DNA of 64,000 bases from Rubripirellula sp. (GTDB taxonomy: Bacteria > Planctomycetota > Planctomycetia > Pirellulales > Pirellulaceae). The stretch's first letter is position 1. Each line of letters opens with the position of its first letter. Below the pieces are notes generated by a model. That model had not been told where the DNA came from and searched no databases. It worked only from the letters and a program-made list of their open reading frames with translations. The stretch is taken from NCBI GenBank assembly GCA_965216875.1, contig OZ244207.1, forward strand, positions 3,104,001-3,168,000, given 5' to 3'. The position numbers and the translations under genes are program-made. Shown piece by piece: positions 38,276 through 47,841 of this stretch.

Positions 38276-39753
38276 TGGTCCGCCCCCAAAGTCGTCGAGG
38301 GCGTGTTGTGATAGCGATGGCAAAGAACGCAGCGATCCGAAGCCCACTGGGTGTGTCCGCCAAAGGTCGCCGACTCGCTCGACGAAGCGGTTGTTCCAGC
38401 AGGGCGATGGCAACCAGTGCACGTCTCGATGCCGCCAATGGCAACCACAGTGTGATCCTTGGCGGTCAACTTCGGATCCGATTCCACCACCGCACCGTGG
38501 CAGTGCAGACAATCAACCTTCTGGTGCGAAGCATGATCGAATTGACCATTGGTTAACCAGCGCGAGGGGATCATCTTTCCGCGCAGTTTCGTCGCCGCGA
38601 TGGCTTTGTCGGTGGTGACATCATCAACGTGGCACTTGAAACACTGCTGCTGGAGGGTCGCAATCGCGGTTGATTTTTCAAAGGCGTCCAACTGCTCAAT
38701 CGTCAACGATCCCGATCGCTCGGCGCTCGTTCCGATCCCCGTTGGCCCCGAGCTCGGTTGTTCACGCTTCTTGATTGCGAGTCGCGCGTCCAGCCATTTA
38801 CCAACCTCATCCCAGGCAGCGGCGTGAGGAATTGAAGCGTTCTCGGCCGTTTGCCCAGCCGGGTTGAAATGGTGGCATGCCGAGCAATGCTGTTCGAAAT
38901 TGATCGGCGTCATGTAGCGGCCAGCCTTGTCGACGGCACCAATTTCCTCATCAGCCACTCCGCTCGACTGGTGGCAATCCTTGCATGCAAGTTGAACGAA
39001 TCCGTTTTCATTTGTCGCGTACCGTCCTTGAAACTCATCCGGCAATCGATCCGCTGTCATCGCAACCTTGCCAGCGGCACCATACGCGGATTGTCCCGGC
39101 AAGAGGTGTTGGGCATGATCGAACTTGATTCGCCCAGGATCACCGGCAAACAGCGAGGCAAATTCGCTGTGTCCCTGCTTGGAAAATGCGACGATGCTTT
39201 GACGTTTTTGGTCCTTGAGCACGGTCTGGCTCGGATCAAGACAAACCGAATCGATGCGACGATGGCAATCGACGCACCGCTCGTTTTGCACATCCGACAG
39301 GTCGAAGAGTCTTCCCTGGTGATCGGCATGGCAAAGGGCACAGTTTTCATCAGCCAATTTCCAATCACCCGCTAGCTGATGATTGTGGTGACCTGCGATC
39401 GGATGCTCACCGTTGTGACAATGCGTGCACTTCGAAAACGTCGCTGCGACCGACTTCTCGGCGGAAACATCAACATAGGGCGGCAACTTGAGTTCGCGGA
39501 TCGAATCGTTGGCAATCGGTACGAATGGCGTGTGACATGCTTCGCAGTTCGATTCGATCTCGGCGTGGCCCGCCGCCACCGGTCCGGGCATCGCAACGAT
39601 GCTGTTGGAATTTGAGTAGGCAAAGACGGCAATGCCAAACAGACAAGCCGTGATGGCCAACGCAACCTTCAGACGCGCCAGTGAGTCGCGCTGTCGAAAG
39701 TAGTCCAGCTCGATTCGCTGGGCTCGTTGCTTTCCGGTTTCACCCTGAGACAT
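38272..39753 (-). CDS. Membrane-anchored decaheme cytochrome c
   Basis: N-terminal TM and ten CxxCH motifs: CEACH, CTHCH, CALCH, CVDCH, CKDCH, CSACH, CFKCH, CLHCH, CTGCH, CVLCH. Confidence 0.92.
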   Translation of the reverse strand: MSQGETGKQRAQRIELDYFRQRDSLARLKVALAITACLFGIAVFAYSNSNSIVAMPGPVAAGHAEIESNCEACHTPFVPIANDSIRELKLPPYVDVSAEKSVAATFSKCTHCHNGEHPIAGHHNHQLAGDWKLADENCALCHADHQGRLFDLSDVQNERCVDCHRRIDSVCLDPSQTVLKDQKRQSIVAFSKQGHSEFASLFAGDPGRIKFDHAQHLLPGQSAYGAAGKVAMTADRLPDEFQGRYATNENGFVQLACKDCHQSSGVADEEIGAVDKAGRYMTPINFEQHCSACHHFNPAGQTAENASIPHAAAWDEVGKWLDARLAIKKREQPSSGPTGIGTSAERSGSLTIEQLDAFEKSTAIATLQQQCFKCHVDDVTTDKAIAATKLRGKMIPSRWLTNGQFDHASHQKVDCLHCHGAVVESDPKLTAKDHTVVAIGGIETCTGCHRPAGTTASSSESATFGGHTQWASDRCVLCHRYHNTPSTTLGADQ

Positions 39754-39760
39754 CGTGCTA

Positions 39761-40744
39761 TCACCAATACTTGAGGGCAGTGATGATATGTGCGATCAAC
39801 AATCCGGTGACGGCAACGGAAAGGCCGATGTGGATTGGCAACCATCCATGCAAAACTCGATGAACCGATTTTTGCGTGTCGAACTGGCGACGCTGGTGAC
39901 AAAGCTGTTCAAGCATGTCGATTGCCTCGGCGCTGGAGTCGGTGCAAGCCTCGCGCAAATTACGAAACCAATCGACCGCTTGCTGCGGTTGTGAAACGGG
40001 CGACTCGGCCTTCGCACCTTCCAATAAGTAAGGCTCGATTTCGTCAAAAGCGTCCCACAACGGCTTGGCATCTTCGGGGGACTTTTGCACGCGTCGTGAT
40101 TGAGCGCTACGACCAATCGTTCGACCAACGTTGCGTTGGGCGCCAATGATGACGGGCCCCGTCCCGACCAACTCTAGCTCAGGATTGATTTCTCCGGCAT
40201 CACTTGGGCGAGGCCCACAAACCGCAATCAACATCTGCCGAGCATCGCCCGCGGTCACCTGCGATACATGATCGATCTGGCCATGAATCGTCTCGGAGGG
40301 CAAATGCCGCAGCATCCAACGGGGAACAATATTCTGAACGATCCATCCATAGAGCCCACTGAGGATCGTTAACACAAAAAGAAACATGAGCGTATTGGGA
40401 AGCCAACCGCTCCAGACCAATCCCCAATGAGCAACCGCCAAGAAAAACGATGCAATCCCAAACCAGATATGTGCCGCCATCCAGTATTTCGCTGGACCAA
40501 ACATCTTGATCCTGCGGAACCACTTCTTGGGGCTCAGCAGCATCTCGAAAAAGATGATCAAACCGGCGGCAATCCCGCAGGACAGGCCTGCTGCGCTGCT
40601 TCCGCTAAGCGGATGCCCGGCCGAAATCGACGCTTTGACGTACCACCCCACCAGCACCAACGTGAGCACGCCCGCAGGGAGCGCCGTCCGAAAATGAAGC
40701 CGTGAAGATTGCGTCAACAGCACCGTAGCACCAACCAGTTGCAT
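39761..40744 (-). CDS. Polytopic membrane protein with four TM histidines, putative diheme cytochrome b
   Basis: WMAAHIWFG...VAHWG and WLPIHIGLS...IAHII, each His pair 13 residues apart, flanking a soluble insert. Confidence 0.7.
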   Translation of the reverse strand: MQLVGATVLLTQSSRLHFRTALPAGVLTLVLVGWYVKASISAGHPLSGSSAAGLSCGIAAGLIIFFEMLLSPKKWFRRIKMFGPAKYWMAAHIWFGIASFFLAVAHWGLVWSGWLPNTLMFLFVLTILSGLYGWIVQNIVPRWMLRHLPSETIHGQIDHVSQVTAGDARQMLIAVCGPRPSDAGEINPELELVGTGPVIIGAQRNVGRTIGRSAQSRRVQKSPEDAKPLWDAFDEIEPYLLEGAKAESPVSQPQQAVDWFRNLREACTDSSAEAIDMLEQLCHQRRQFDTQKSVHRVLHGWLPIHIGLSVAVTGLLIAHIITALKYW

Positions 40745-41151
40745 TCAGGTCCATTCCGGTGTCGCACAAGCCCGTGCCAGCCGGACACGTCGGAAGACCC
40801 CATGTTGCGATGCATTGATGGTACCACTTGAAGGAGCGCCCATGTTTAGTGAGTGAGGTCGTTCGAGTCAATTCGCCTCGACCGCCGACCATTGAATCCT
40901 TCACGAAACTCACAATCGCGATGGCGACAAGGCAGGTTCACGGCCTACAATCCTCATCGCAGCCTACAATCCTTATGGCAATCGCCGATTGCAGGTTCAC
41001 TATCGAGGGTTGCATTCACTCGGGCAGTGCCGAGACGCTTGTCAAAACACGCCTCAAAGTTGACCGCGCAAATGATGACGATACCGACTATTGTGGGGCA
41101 ATCTCGTCCACCTCAATTCAGTCGACTTACCAAAACACGCCGAGTGGTGTG

Positions 41152-42987
41152 ATGCTTGCCTTGCCAGCCAATCTGTATCGCTGTACAGGCGTCTTAGGCG
41201 TTGTCGCCTTGGTTTGTTTCGTTGCTCCCGCTATTGGTGGGATTTCGACTGCATCGGGCCAACAACTTCTACCTGTCCCCTCGCCAGAACCAGACGCAGC
41301 GCAGTCTGATCCGTTCACTGACGATCGACCAACCGATACCTCTACCAGCGGCCATCAAGGTCTCGATCATCTCCACGGCACATTGCTGCGAAACGATTTT
41401 TCGCTCAAGGGCGCTCAGTCCTGCGCCGTCTCGTCTTGCCATGGTGGTCCGCGACCGGGAATTGCCCAACCGACCGCGCGTCGCGGCTCAGAATTCCAGC
41501 TCTGGCTCGAAAACGACCCACACGCACGATCGTGGCGAACCTTTTGCGGCGACGAAAGCGTTCAAATGATGCGTCGGTTGAGAATCATCGACCAAGACAA
41601 CGTCGTGCTCGATCGGGCAGGTTTCGACAATTGCTTGGCTTGCCACAACACGGCCAAACGCTATGACGAGCCGAGAACCACCGGCAACCTTCGCGAAGGG
41701 GTCGGATGCGAAGCCTGTCATGGTCCCGCTGAACAATGGGAATCCTCGCACGTCCAATACAACTGGTCGCGAGAATCGGCACACGAGCAAGGGTTCGTCA
41801 ATAACGACGACCTCTTCACGCGAGCCCGCATGTGCGCCTCCTGTCACGTCGGTGACCGAGACCGCGACATGAACCACGACATCATCGCCGCTGGCCACCC
41901 GACGTTGCGCTATGAATTGGCGACCTACCACAGTTGGCAACCGAAACACTGGCGAGACGCCGAAGCCGATAACAAAGAACGCTACGAGGCTCAACTTTGG
42001 CTTGCCGGACAAGTGGCATCGGCCGACGCGTCGCTGTCGCTTCTTGAAACACGTGCTCGGCGCGGACACTCCGCGAGCCAGTGGCCAGAGTTTGCCGCGT
42101 ATGACTGCGCATCCTGCCACCACAATCTTGGCCTTGGCAACGCACGCGGCAGCGAGCTTCCTGGGCAACGACAACGACCCGCAACCGCAATCTATTCACA
42201 ATGGAATGATTCCGGATTGAGATGGCTGTTGAAACACCGCGTCACAAGCGGCAAAGCAACCGAAAACGACCATCGACTTCTCGACGCGCTGGTATCGGTA
42301 CAAACGGCTATGGAACAGCCGCCGCGGCCCAACGCAGACTCGGTTGCCGACGCCTCAAAGCACGCTCGAAAAGAACTTGCCGCTTGGTTTGCGGCCGAGG
42401 GCGGTGGGGAGCGCCAGCGATTTGACAGCGACCGACTTGGAATGCTCGTGGCATCAGCAGCAAGCGACCCCGATACATTCTTAACGTGGGAGTCAGCGGC
42501 GCAGTTCTACCTGGCGTCAATCGCGGCGCGAGAAAGCTGGCCCGGCGGTATCGACGGACCGCTTCGAGAAACGGCGGACCAATTGCAATACGGTCTCCAG
42601 TACCCACAGATGATCGACATTAGCCGTTATGCGAAGCGAGCGTCCGCCAAAGGTCCGCAGCTTAGCCGACACGAGATCGCGCGGCTGTCTATCCAACTTG
42701 CAAGGTTCCTCGGTCCCGTCGCTGAAAACGCAGCCGATCACCCGCCGTCCGATAGCCGAGATCCGGCCAATGTTCGCGACAAACTCGATGCGTTGCTCGA
42801 GCGGATTCGCAAACAACAGCAGACAGAGCGCAAGAACCGCGGCGAACAAACACCACCCGCGGTGAAACCGAGCGACAACGCCCCCAAAGAGCCGCCTGAA
42901 AAACCACGGCAATCGGTCGAGGACCTTCGCAAAGCGCTCGAATCGTTACAATCTGACTCTACCGACGACGGCAACAATCAACCTTGA
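41152..42987 (+). CDS. Pentaheme cytochrome c, paralog B
   Basis: Signal-like N-terminus. Heme motifs CAVSSCH, CLACH, CEACH, CASCH, CASCH. Start trimmed from 40828. Confidence 0.88.
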   Translation: MLALPANLYRCTGVLGVVALVCFVAPAIGGISTASGQQLLPVPSPEPDAAQSDPFTDDRPTDTSTSGHQGLDHLHGTLLRNDFSLKGAQSCAVSSCHGGPRPGIAQPTARRGSEFQLWLENDPHARSWRTFCGDESVQMMRRLRIIDQDNVVLDRAGFDNCLACHNTAKRYDEPRTTGNLREGVGCEACHGPAEQWESSHVQYNWSRESAHEQGFVNNDDLFTRARMCASCHVGDRDRDMNHDIIAAGHPTLRYELATYHSWQPKHWRDAEADNKERYEAQLWLAGQVASADASLSLLETRARRGHSASQWPEFAAYDCASCHHNLGLGNARGSELPGQRQRPATAIYSQWNDSGLRWLLKHRVTSGKATENDHRLLDALVSVQTAMEQPPRPNADSVADASKHARKELAAWFAAEGGGERQRFDSDRLGMLVASAASDPDTFLTWESAAQFYLASIAARESWPGGIDGPLRETADQLQYGLQYPQMIDISRYAKRASAKGPQLSRHEIARLSIQLARFLGPVAENAADHPPSDSRDPANVRDKLDALLERIRKQQQTERKNRGEQTPPAVKPSDNAPKEPPEKPRQSVEDLRKALESLQSDSTDDGNNQP

Positions 42988-44684
42988 ACGTAAGATTCGC
43001 CGAGATGTCACTCTGCCTCTCCAAACGCACCGTCATCTACCGCAACTTGATTCTTTGGATTGCAAGTACTGCGGCTTTCGTCTGTGCGCCTAACGTCGTC
43101 GCGCAGGACGCGTCGAACGACCGAGCCTATGACGCTGTCTTCCAAACCTGGCGAGACCACGCAGGGGTCCAGGCCTGCGACCGCTGCCACAATGGGCAGA
43201 GCGACTTTGCCAAAATCGATACCAGCTACAGCCGCCAGGACGAGCTGAAGTTCTGGATCACGAAAGACAAACATGCGATTGCTCGTCGCCGCGTCGAACC
43301 ACTCTCTAAAGACGAAGTACTCGAGCAGGCAACAAAACTTGCCAATCAATATGGTGATGCTCAAGTCGTTTCGGGCTGGCTCGGCGCGAGCAACGTTTTG
43401 AGCAAACGCATCAAAGAAAAGTTGCGCTACAACGACGATCAATTCCGTGACAATTGCTTGACCTGCCATGGCGGGTATCGACACGACGTCGAATCGGACA
43501 AGGCAGAGTTTGCTGCGGATCAACCAGGCATTTCATGCAACTATTGCCACCAGGTCGGAACGACCAACCAGTGGGTCCTTGATCACAACGCCACCACGCC
43601 CGAGGCCAAAGCCAAATGGCGAGGAAGCACTGCCAATCAAAAAGAGTCTTTGGGGATGCGAGATTTGGTGACGACCTCCCGTCAGGCCAGTCTCTGTTTC
43701 GATTGCCACGTTGGAAATCGAAAACAAAACCAATTCGTCACTCACGAAATGTATGCTGCCGGGCATCCGCCATTGCCTTCGATTGAAGTGCAAACCTTCT
43801 GTGAGCAGATGCCTCAACATTGGCGATCCTTGTCGACCGTCCATGACGAATTGCCCGATGGCGAAAAGGATTCGTACTTTCGGTTGAACCTTCCGGGCGT
43901 TGATGCGCCCGACGACACCTATTGGAACACACGAAAACTCTTGGTCGGTGCGTTGGCGGCTCGTGCAAAAACGCTGCAACTTGTCATCGATTCGGCACAA
44001 TCGAATCAATGGGCTGACTATTCGCTGTACGACTGCGCCGCTTGCCACCACGAACTGAAAACCGAAAGCCACCGGCAACAACGTGGCTATCCGGCTGCTC
44101 CCGGTCGGCCTCGTCAACATGAGTGGCCAGACGCGTTGTTCCACATTGCGCTTTTCCTGGCCCAAGACGAACCAAACATCATGGAACTCGAGCGTACACT
44201 CGCAGCCCGATTCGGCGCTCAACCCTTTGGCCGAGCCGAAGACGTGTCGGCAGCGGCAGCGAATTTGAAAGCTGCAATCGATCGCGCCATCGAAAAGGCC
44301 GAATCAACTACGGTCGATTCCGATGTCGCTCTTCGAGTTCTTTCCGGCCTGGCACAGACTCCAACGGAAAAACTTTTCGCCTACGATTCGGCTCGCCAAG
44401 TCGTCTGGGCAATGCGAGTCGTTATCGCTGAACTTGAATCCAAAGAGGATGAGCTTTCACCCGAACTCAAACAGGTGCAAACCCTCGTGAAAGCACTGGA
44501 CCAGCCCACCACGACCGCTGGCAACACGGGAATCGCCGCAGTTCTGCCGGCCGGGCGCACGGCATTCATCTATCCCGATAGTTTGCGGAATGATCTGAAG
44601 CGTCGTGCGAACTTTGATTCGGACGAACTCGAAAAACGCCTCCGCGAAATCAACGAGCTCTTGGTTGACGTGATCAACCAATAA
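42984..44684 (+). CDS. Pentaheme cytochrome c, paralog C
   Basis: Signal peptide. Heme motifs CDRCH, CLTCH, CNYCH, CFDCH, CAACH. Shared HEMYAAGHP and PQHW motifs. Confidence 0.88.
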   Translation: MNVRFAEMSLCLSKRTVIYRNLILWIASTAAFVCAPNVVAQDASNDRAYDAVFQTWRDHAGVQACDRCHNGQSDFAKIDTSYSRQDELKFWITKDKHAIARRRVEPLSKDEVLEQATKLANQYGDAQVVSGWLGASNVLSKRIKEKLRYNDDQFRDNCLTCHGGYRHDVESDKAEFAADQPGISCNYCHQVGTTNQWVLDHNATTPEAKAKWRGSTANQKESLGMRDLVTTSRQASLCFDCHVGNRKQNQFVTHEMYAAGHPPLPSIEVQTFCEQMPQHWRSLSTVHDELPDGEKDSYFRLNLPGVDAPDDTYWNTRKLLVGALAARAKTLQLVIDSAQSNQWADYSLYDCAACHHELKTESHRQQRGYPAAPGRPRQHEWPDALFHIALFLAQDEPNIMELERTLAARFGAQPFGRAEDVSAAAANLKAAIDRAIEKAESTTVDSDVALRVLSGLAQTPTEKLFAYDSARQVVWAMRVVIAELESKEDELSPELKQVQTLVKALDQPTTTAGNTGIAAVLPAGRTAFIYPDSLRNDLKRRANFDSDELEKRLREINELLVDVINQ

Positions 44685-44814
44685 CCGCCACCTTCACCCT
44701 TGGCGAAAATCTCGCATCGCTGAATGCCTCCATACGGATTCGGTTCTAATGGTTTGTGACGGCTTGCCAGCACAGTAAAGTGAGCCGTTTGAAGACCAAA
44801 GCCTTTTCTGCGAG

Positions 44815-45534
44815 GTGGATTCATTGTTCACCGCTTTCCGAATCACAATCGCCGGCTGCCTGTCCCTTGCATTGTGTTGCGATGTGCTTGGCGAGCCCCC
44901 CAATTCCGGACGCGATTTGCCCTGGAGTCGCCTCGCACCTGAAGGTGGCAAGCCGTTCGTTGATCCCTTCGCAAGACTAAGCAACGACCAAATCAGCGAC
45001 CTAGGTTATGTCATCCGTGTGCGTCGCCTGGTCCGCGATCAGAAACTCGATGCCAATGGCAGCGATGCCGAGGAGGCTCAGAGAGTCGCAGCGAGCTTGC
45101 AGAAGCAGGGGATCGACATCGAGTGGCTGATGATTCAACGTGAACGCATTGCTCAGCTTCGCGCCGCGCAGGTTGATCGCGTCTCGAAAGCGATTGCATC
45201 GGACCTCGGTGGCAAACAAGTCAACCTGTCCGGATTCGTCATCCCCACCAAAACAGAGCAGGGGCGGCTGAGCGAATTCTTTCTTGTTCCGACGCTCGCC
45301 GCTTGTAGTCACGAGGATCCTCCGCCGCGACTCCAATGCGTCTTCGTTTCGCTCGCTCGCGCCATCGACCTCCCCAGCCGCAACGATCCCATTCGTTTGA
45401 CTGGCCGCATCACCGCATCGCCCGTTTCGAAGCGGCGCGTCACGGCCAGCGGTCCGGTGACGATTCACTCCGCCTACACCATGACACTTGCTCAGATCGA
45501 AAGACTCAGCGTGAAAGGTACCGAATCACCATGA
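44815..45534 (+). CDS. DUF3299 family protein
   Basis: LSGFVIP...EFFLVP...ACSH..PP motif and a signal peptide. Confidence 0.75.
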   Translation: MDSLFTAFRITIAGCLSLALCCDVLGEPPNSGRDLPWSRLAPEGGKPFVDPFARLSNDQISDLGYVIRVRRLVRDQKLDANGSDAEEAQRVAASLQKQGIDIEWLMIQRERIAQLRAAQVDRVSKAIASDLGGKQVNLSGFVIPTKTEQGRLSEFFLVPTLAACSHEDPPPRLQCVFVSLARAIDLPSRNDPIRLTGRITASPVSKRRVTASGPVTIHSAYTMTLAQIERLSVKGTESP

Positions 45535-46970
45535 GACATCTATCAACACTGCTGGCGTTTACGGTGGCCACTTCGTTGTTCGCTCAAGAGCAAGCGGAAG
45601 AACCACCACAAGTCGTGATCACTAACGTTCAAGTCTTTGATGGAACCAACGCCAAGCTACTGGCGGGTCCGGTTGTCATTGAGAATAACCTGATCAAGTC
45701 CGTTGGCCCCAGCGCAGAGGTTCGTGATGATGCCATCAAGATCGATGGCAACGGCGGCACCATCATGCCGGGCCTGATTGACATGCACGCGCACCATGCC
45801 ATTCACGAAGGCATGCTCGAGGGGCGCGACCGCTATGACCAAATGGCGATCGGTGCGATGTCCGCAGAACGGCTGCGTGACTACCTCGATCAAGGATTCA
45901 CCTCGACTCGAGACGCAGGCGGGAACGTCTGTAGCTTGGCAAAAGCCGTGCGGTTGGACCGAATTCCTGGTCCACGTATCTATCCGAGCGGTGGATTCAT
46001 TTCGCAATTGGGCGGGCACGCCGATACGGGTCTTGTGACCGATCAATTGGGCGACGAAGACATCTTAGAGAGGGCTGGATTCGGCCACATCGCGAGTGGG
46101 CGAGCTCAGGTGATGGAAGCGGCCCGTCACAACCTTCGCGCCGGTGCTACACAGATCAAAGTGATGGCCGGCGGTGGTGTGGCAAGTGAGTTTGACCCCA
46201 TTCACATGACCCAGTTCACCTTTGACGAGATGAAAGCCGCCGTCGACGTGGCCGAAGACTACGGCACCTACGTTCTTGTTCACGCCTATCATGATCGCGC
46301 GGTCAACCGCGCCATCGACGCGGGCGTTCGCTGCATCGAACACAATTTCCTCGTGTCCGAAGACACGATCATTCGAATGAAGAAGGAAGGCGTTGCCCTT
46401 TCGATCCAATCAGTCATGTCTTTGGAGGCGTTTCATCCCGACAACGTCGAAAAGATCTCGTTCTTCTCAGCCGATCAAAAGGCAAAAGCCGTGATGGTCA
46501 ATTCAGGCGCCTCGCAGATGCTCAAGTGGGCGTTGAAACATGACTTGATCATGGTCACCGGCGGTGACATGTTTGATGAAGCCAACGTCAACCGACAAGT
46601 CGAAAACTTGATTTGGCTGAAGACCGTCGGGTTTTCGAACGTCCAAGTTTTGCGGACCGCAACTTCGACTGCGGGACACGTACTTGGTTGGTGCGGCGAC
46701 ATGAACCCGTACAAAGACGCCTACCCAACGCTTTCGCCCGACGAAAAAAAGCAAAAAGGAATTGGCCTGGGCGTCATCGAACCGGGCGCCTATGCGGACT
46801 TGCTTGTCATCAATGGTAACCCGGTTGCTGAACTCGAGCTGCTGCGCGATCGCGACAACCTTCGGCTCATTATGCAGGACGGCAAGATCTGGAAAAACAC
46901 ACTCGTCCCGGCGTCTCACCCGCAACATGTCCCCGTCGAAGGCAGTCACTCGCCAACGCCTTCTCTGTGA
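45531..46970 (+). CDS. Secreted metal-dependent amidohydrolase (Xaa-Pro dipeptidase-like)
   Basis: MPGLIDMHAH, GFTSTRDAGG, QIKVMAGGGV, HAY, IEH and GAYADLLVI motifs. Start at MRHLSTLL. Confidence 0.9.
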   Translation: MRHLSTLLAFTVATSLFAQEQAEEPPQVVITNVQVFDGTNAKLLAGPVVIENNLIKSVGPSAEVRDDAIKIDGNGGTIMPGLIDMHAHHAIHEGMLEGRDRYDQMAIGAMSAERLRDYLDQGFTSTRDAGGNVCSLAKAVRLDRIPGPRIYPSGGFISQLGGHADTGLVTDQLGDEDILERAGFGHIASGRAQVMEAARHNLRAGATQIKVMAGGGVASEFDPIHMTQFTFDEMKAAVDVAEDYGTYVLVHAYHDRAVNRAIDAGVRCIEHNFLVSEDTIIRMKKEGVALSIQSVMSLEAFHPDNVEKISFFSADQKAKAVMVNSGASQMLKWALKHDLIMVTGGDMFDEANVNRQVENLIWLKTVGFSNVQVLRTATSTAGHVLGWCGDMNPYKDAYPTLSPDEKKQKGIGLGVIEPGAYADLLVINGNPVAELELLRDRDNLRLIMQDGKIWKNTLVPASHPQHVPVEGSHSPTPSL

Positions 46971-46997
46971 AGCGATGAAGACCTTGCCTAGTAGCGT

Positions 46998-47714
46998 CTA
47001 GCTGCGTTCACGAGTTCTCGACCTGTACGCAGCAGGGGTTACCCCGGTGTGCTTGCGAAATTGTTTGGTGAAGGCGCTCTGATCGCAAAAACCGAACTCG
47101 TCGCCGATCTCGGCAATTGAACGGTCGGTTTCTCGAAGCGCAACGGTAGATGCTCGAATGCGCGTGCGAATCAGAAACTGCTGAACATCAATGCCGAGGG
47201 CGTCATGAAACAGTCGGTTCAAATGCCGTGCCGACACACCAACCCGCGCGGCCAAATCGGCGACACGGTACCTGGCGGGATCGTCACGAATACAATCAAC
47301 GACTTCGCCAACCACACTGTACGACGCTGCGAGGCGTCGGCCCCCTTCGTGATTACGGACGATCCCGACGACGCCCAGGATCTTCCCCTGACGACTTCGA
47401 AGGGGCAACTTCGTCGTTGAAAACCAATCGAGCTTTCCTGTGCCATCGAGCAACACTTCGACATGATTGACCAGCGGTTCGCCCGTTTCCATTACCCGCT
47501 GGTCACCTTCAAGCAACTGCTCCGCAATCTCCGGCGGATAGCGATCGCGGTCCGTTGTTCCAACGATCTCAGATTCGTCTTGAAGCCCTAGTCGATCCAA
47601 CAGTGCTCGATTGACACGAACAAAACGCCCCTGACGGTCCTTCACAAAGAAGCAAACCTCAGGGATGTGATCGAACAGGTTGACGACGTCTTCAACAGAT
47701 ACCGATGGAAGCAT
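46998..47714 (-). CDS. PAS-domain AraC family transcriptional regulator
   Basis: FFVKDRQGRFVRVN PAS domain and C-terminal GFCDQSAFTKQFRKHTGVTPAAYR. Confidence 0.92.
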   Translation of the reverse strand: MLPSVSVEDVVNLFDHIPEVCFFVKDRQGRFVRVNRALLDRLGLQDESEIVGTTDRDRYPPEIAEQLLEGDQRVMETGEPLVNHVEVLLDGTGKLDWFSTTKLPLRSRQGKILGVVGIVRNHEGGRRLAASYSVVGEVVDCIRDDPARYRVADLAARVGVSARHLNRLFHDALGIDVQQFLIRTRIRASTVALRETDRSIAEIGDEFGFCDQSAFTKQFRKHTGVTPAAYRSRTRERS

Positions 47715-47841
47715 GTCCGGTTTTTACCAAGAAAGGTCCGCCAATTACAAGACACTATGGCTTGCTTGATTTCAAATGGACTTGCGCGATGAACGCCGCT
47801 CCTGCGGTGCAACCTTCCTCTCTGAAAAAACAACCGCGACG

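Noticed and set aside
38272..39753. MtrAB-type extracellular electron transfer conduit
   Set aside because: No outer-membrane beta-barrel gene is adjacent and the heme spacing differs. A partner elsewhere in the genome is not excluded.
40828..41151. N-terminal extensions in the ORF track (also 1544-1786, 5284-5457, 15554-15721, 38276-38512, 45336-45530)
   Set aside because: They overlap neighbouring genes or precede clear signal peptides or RBS-supported starts, so the downstream starts were preferred.
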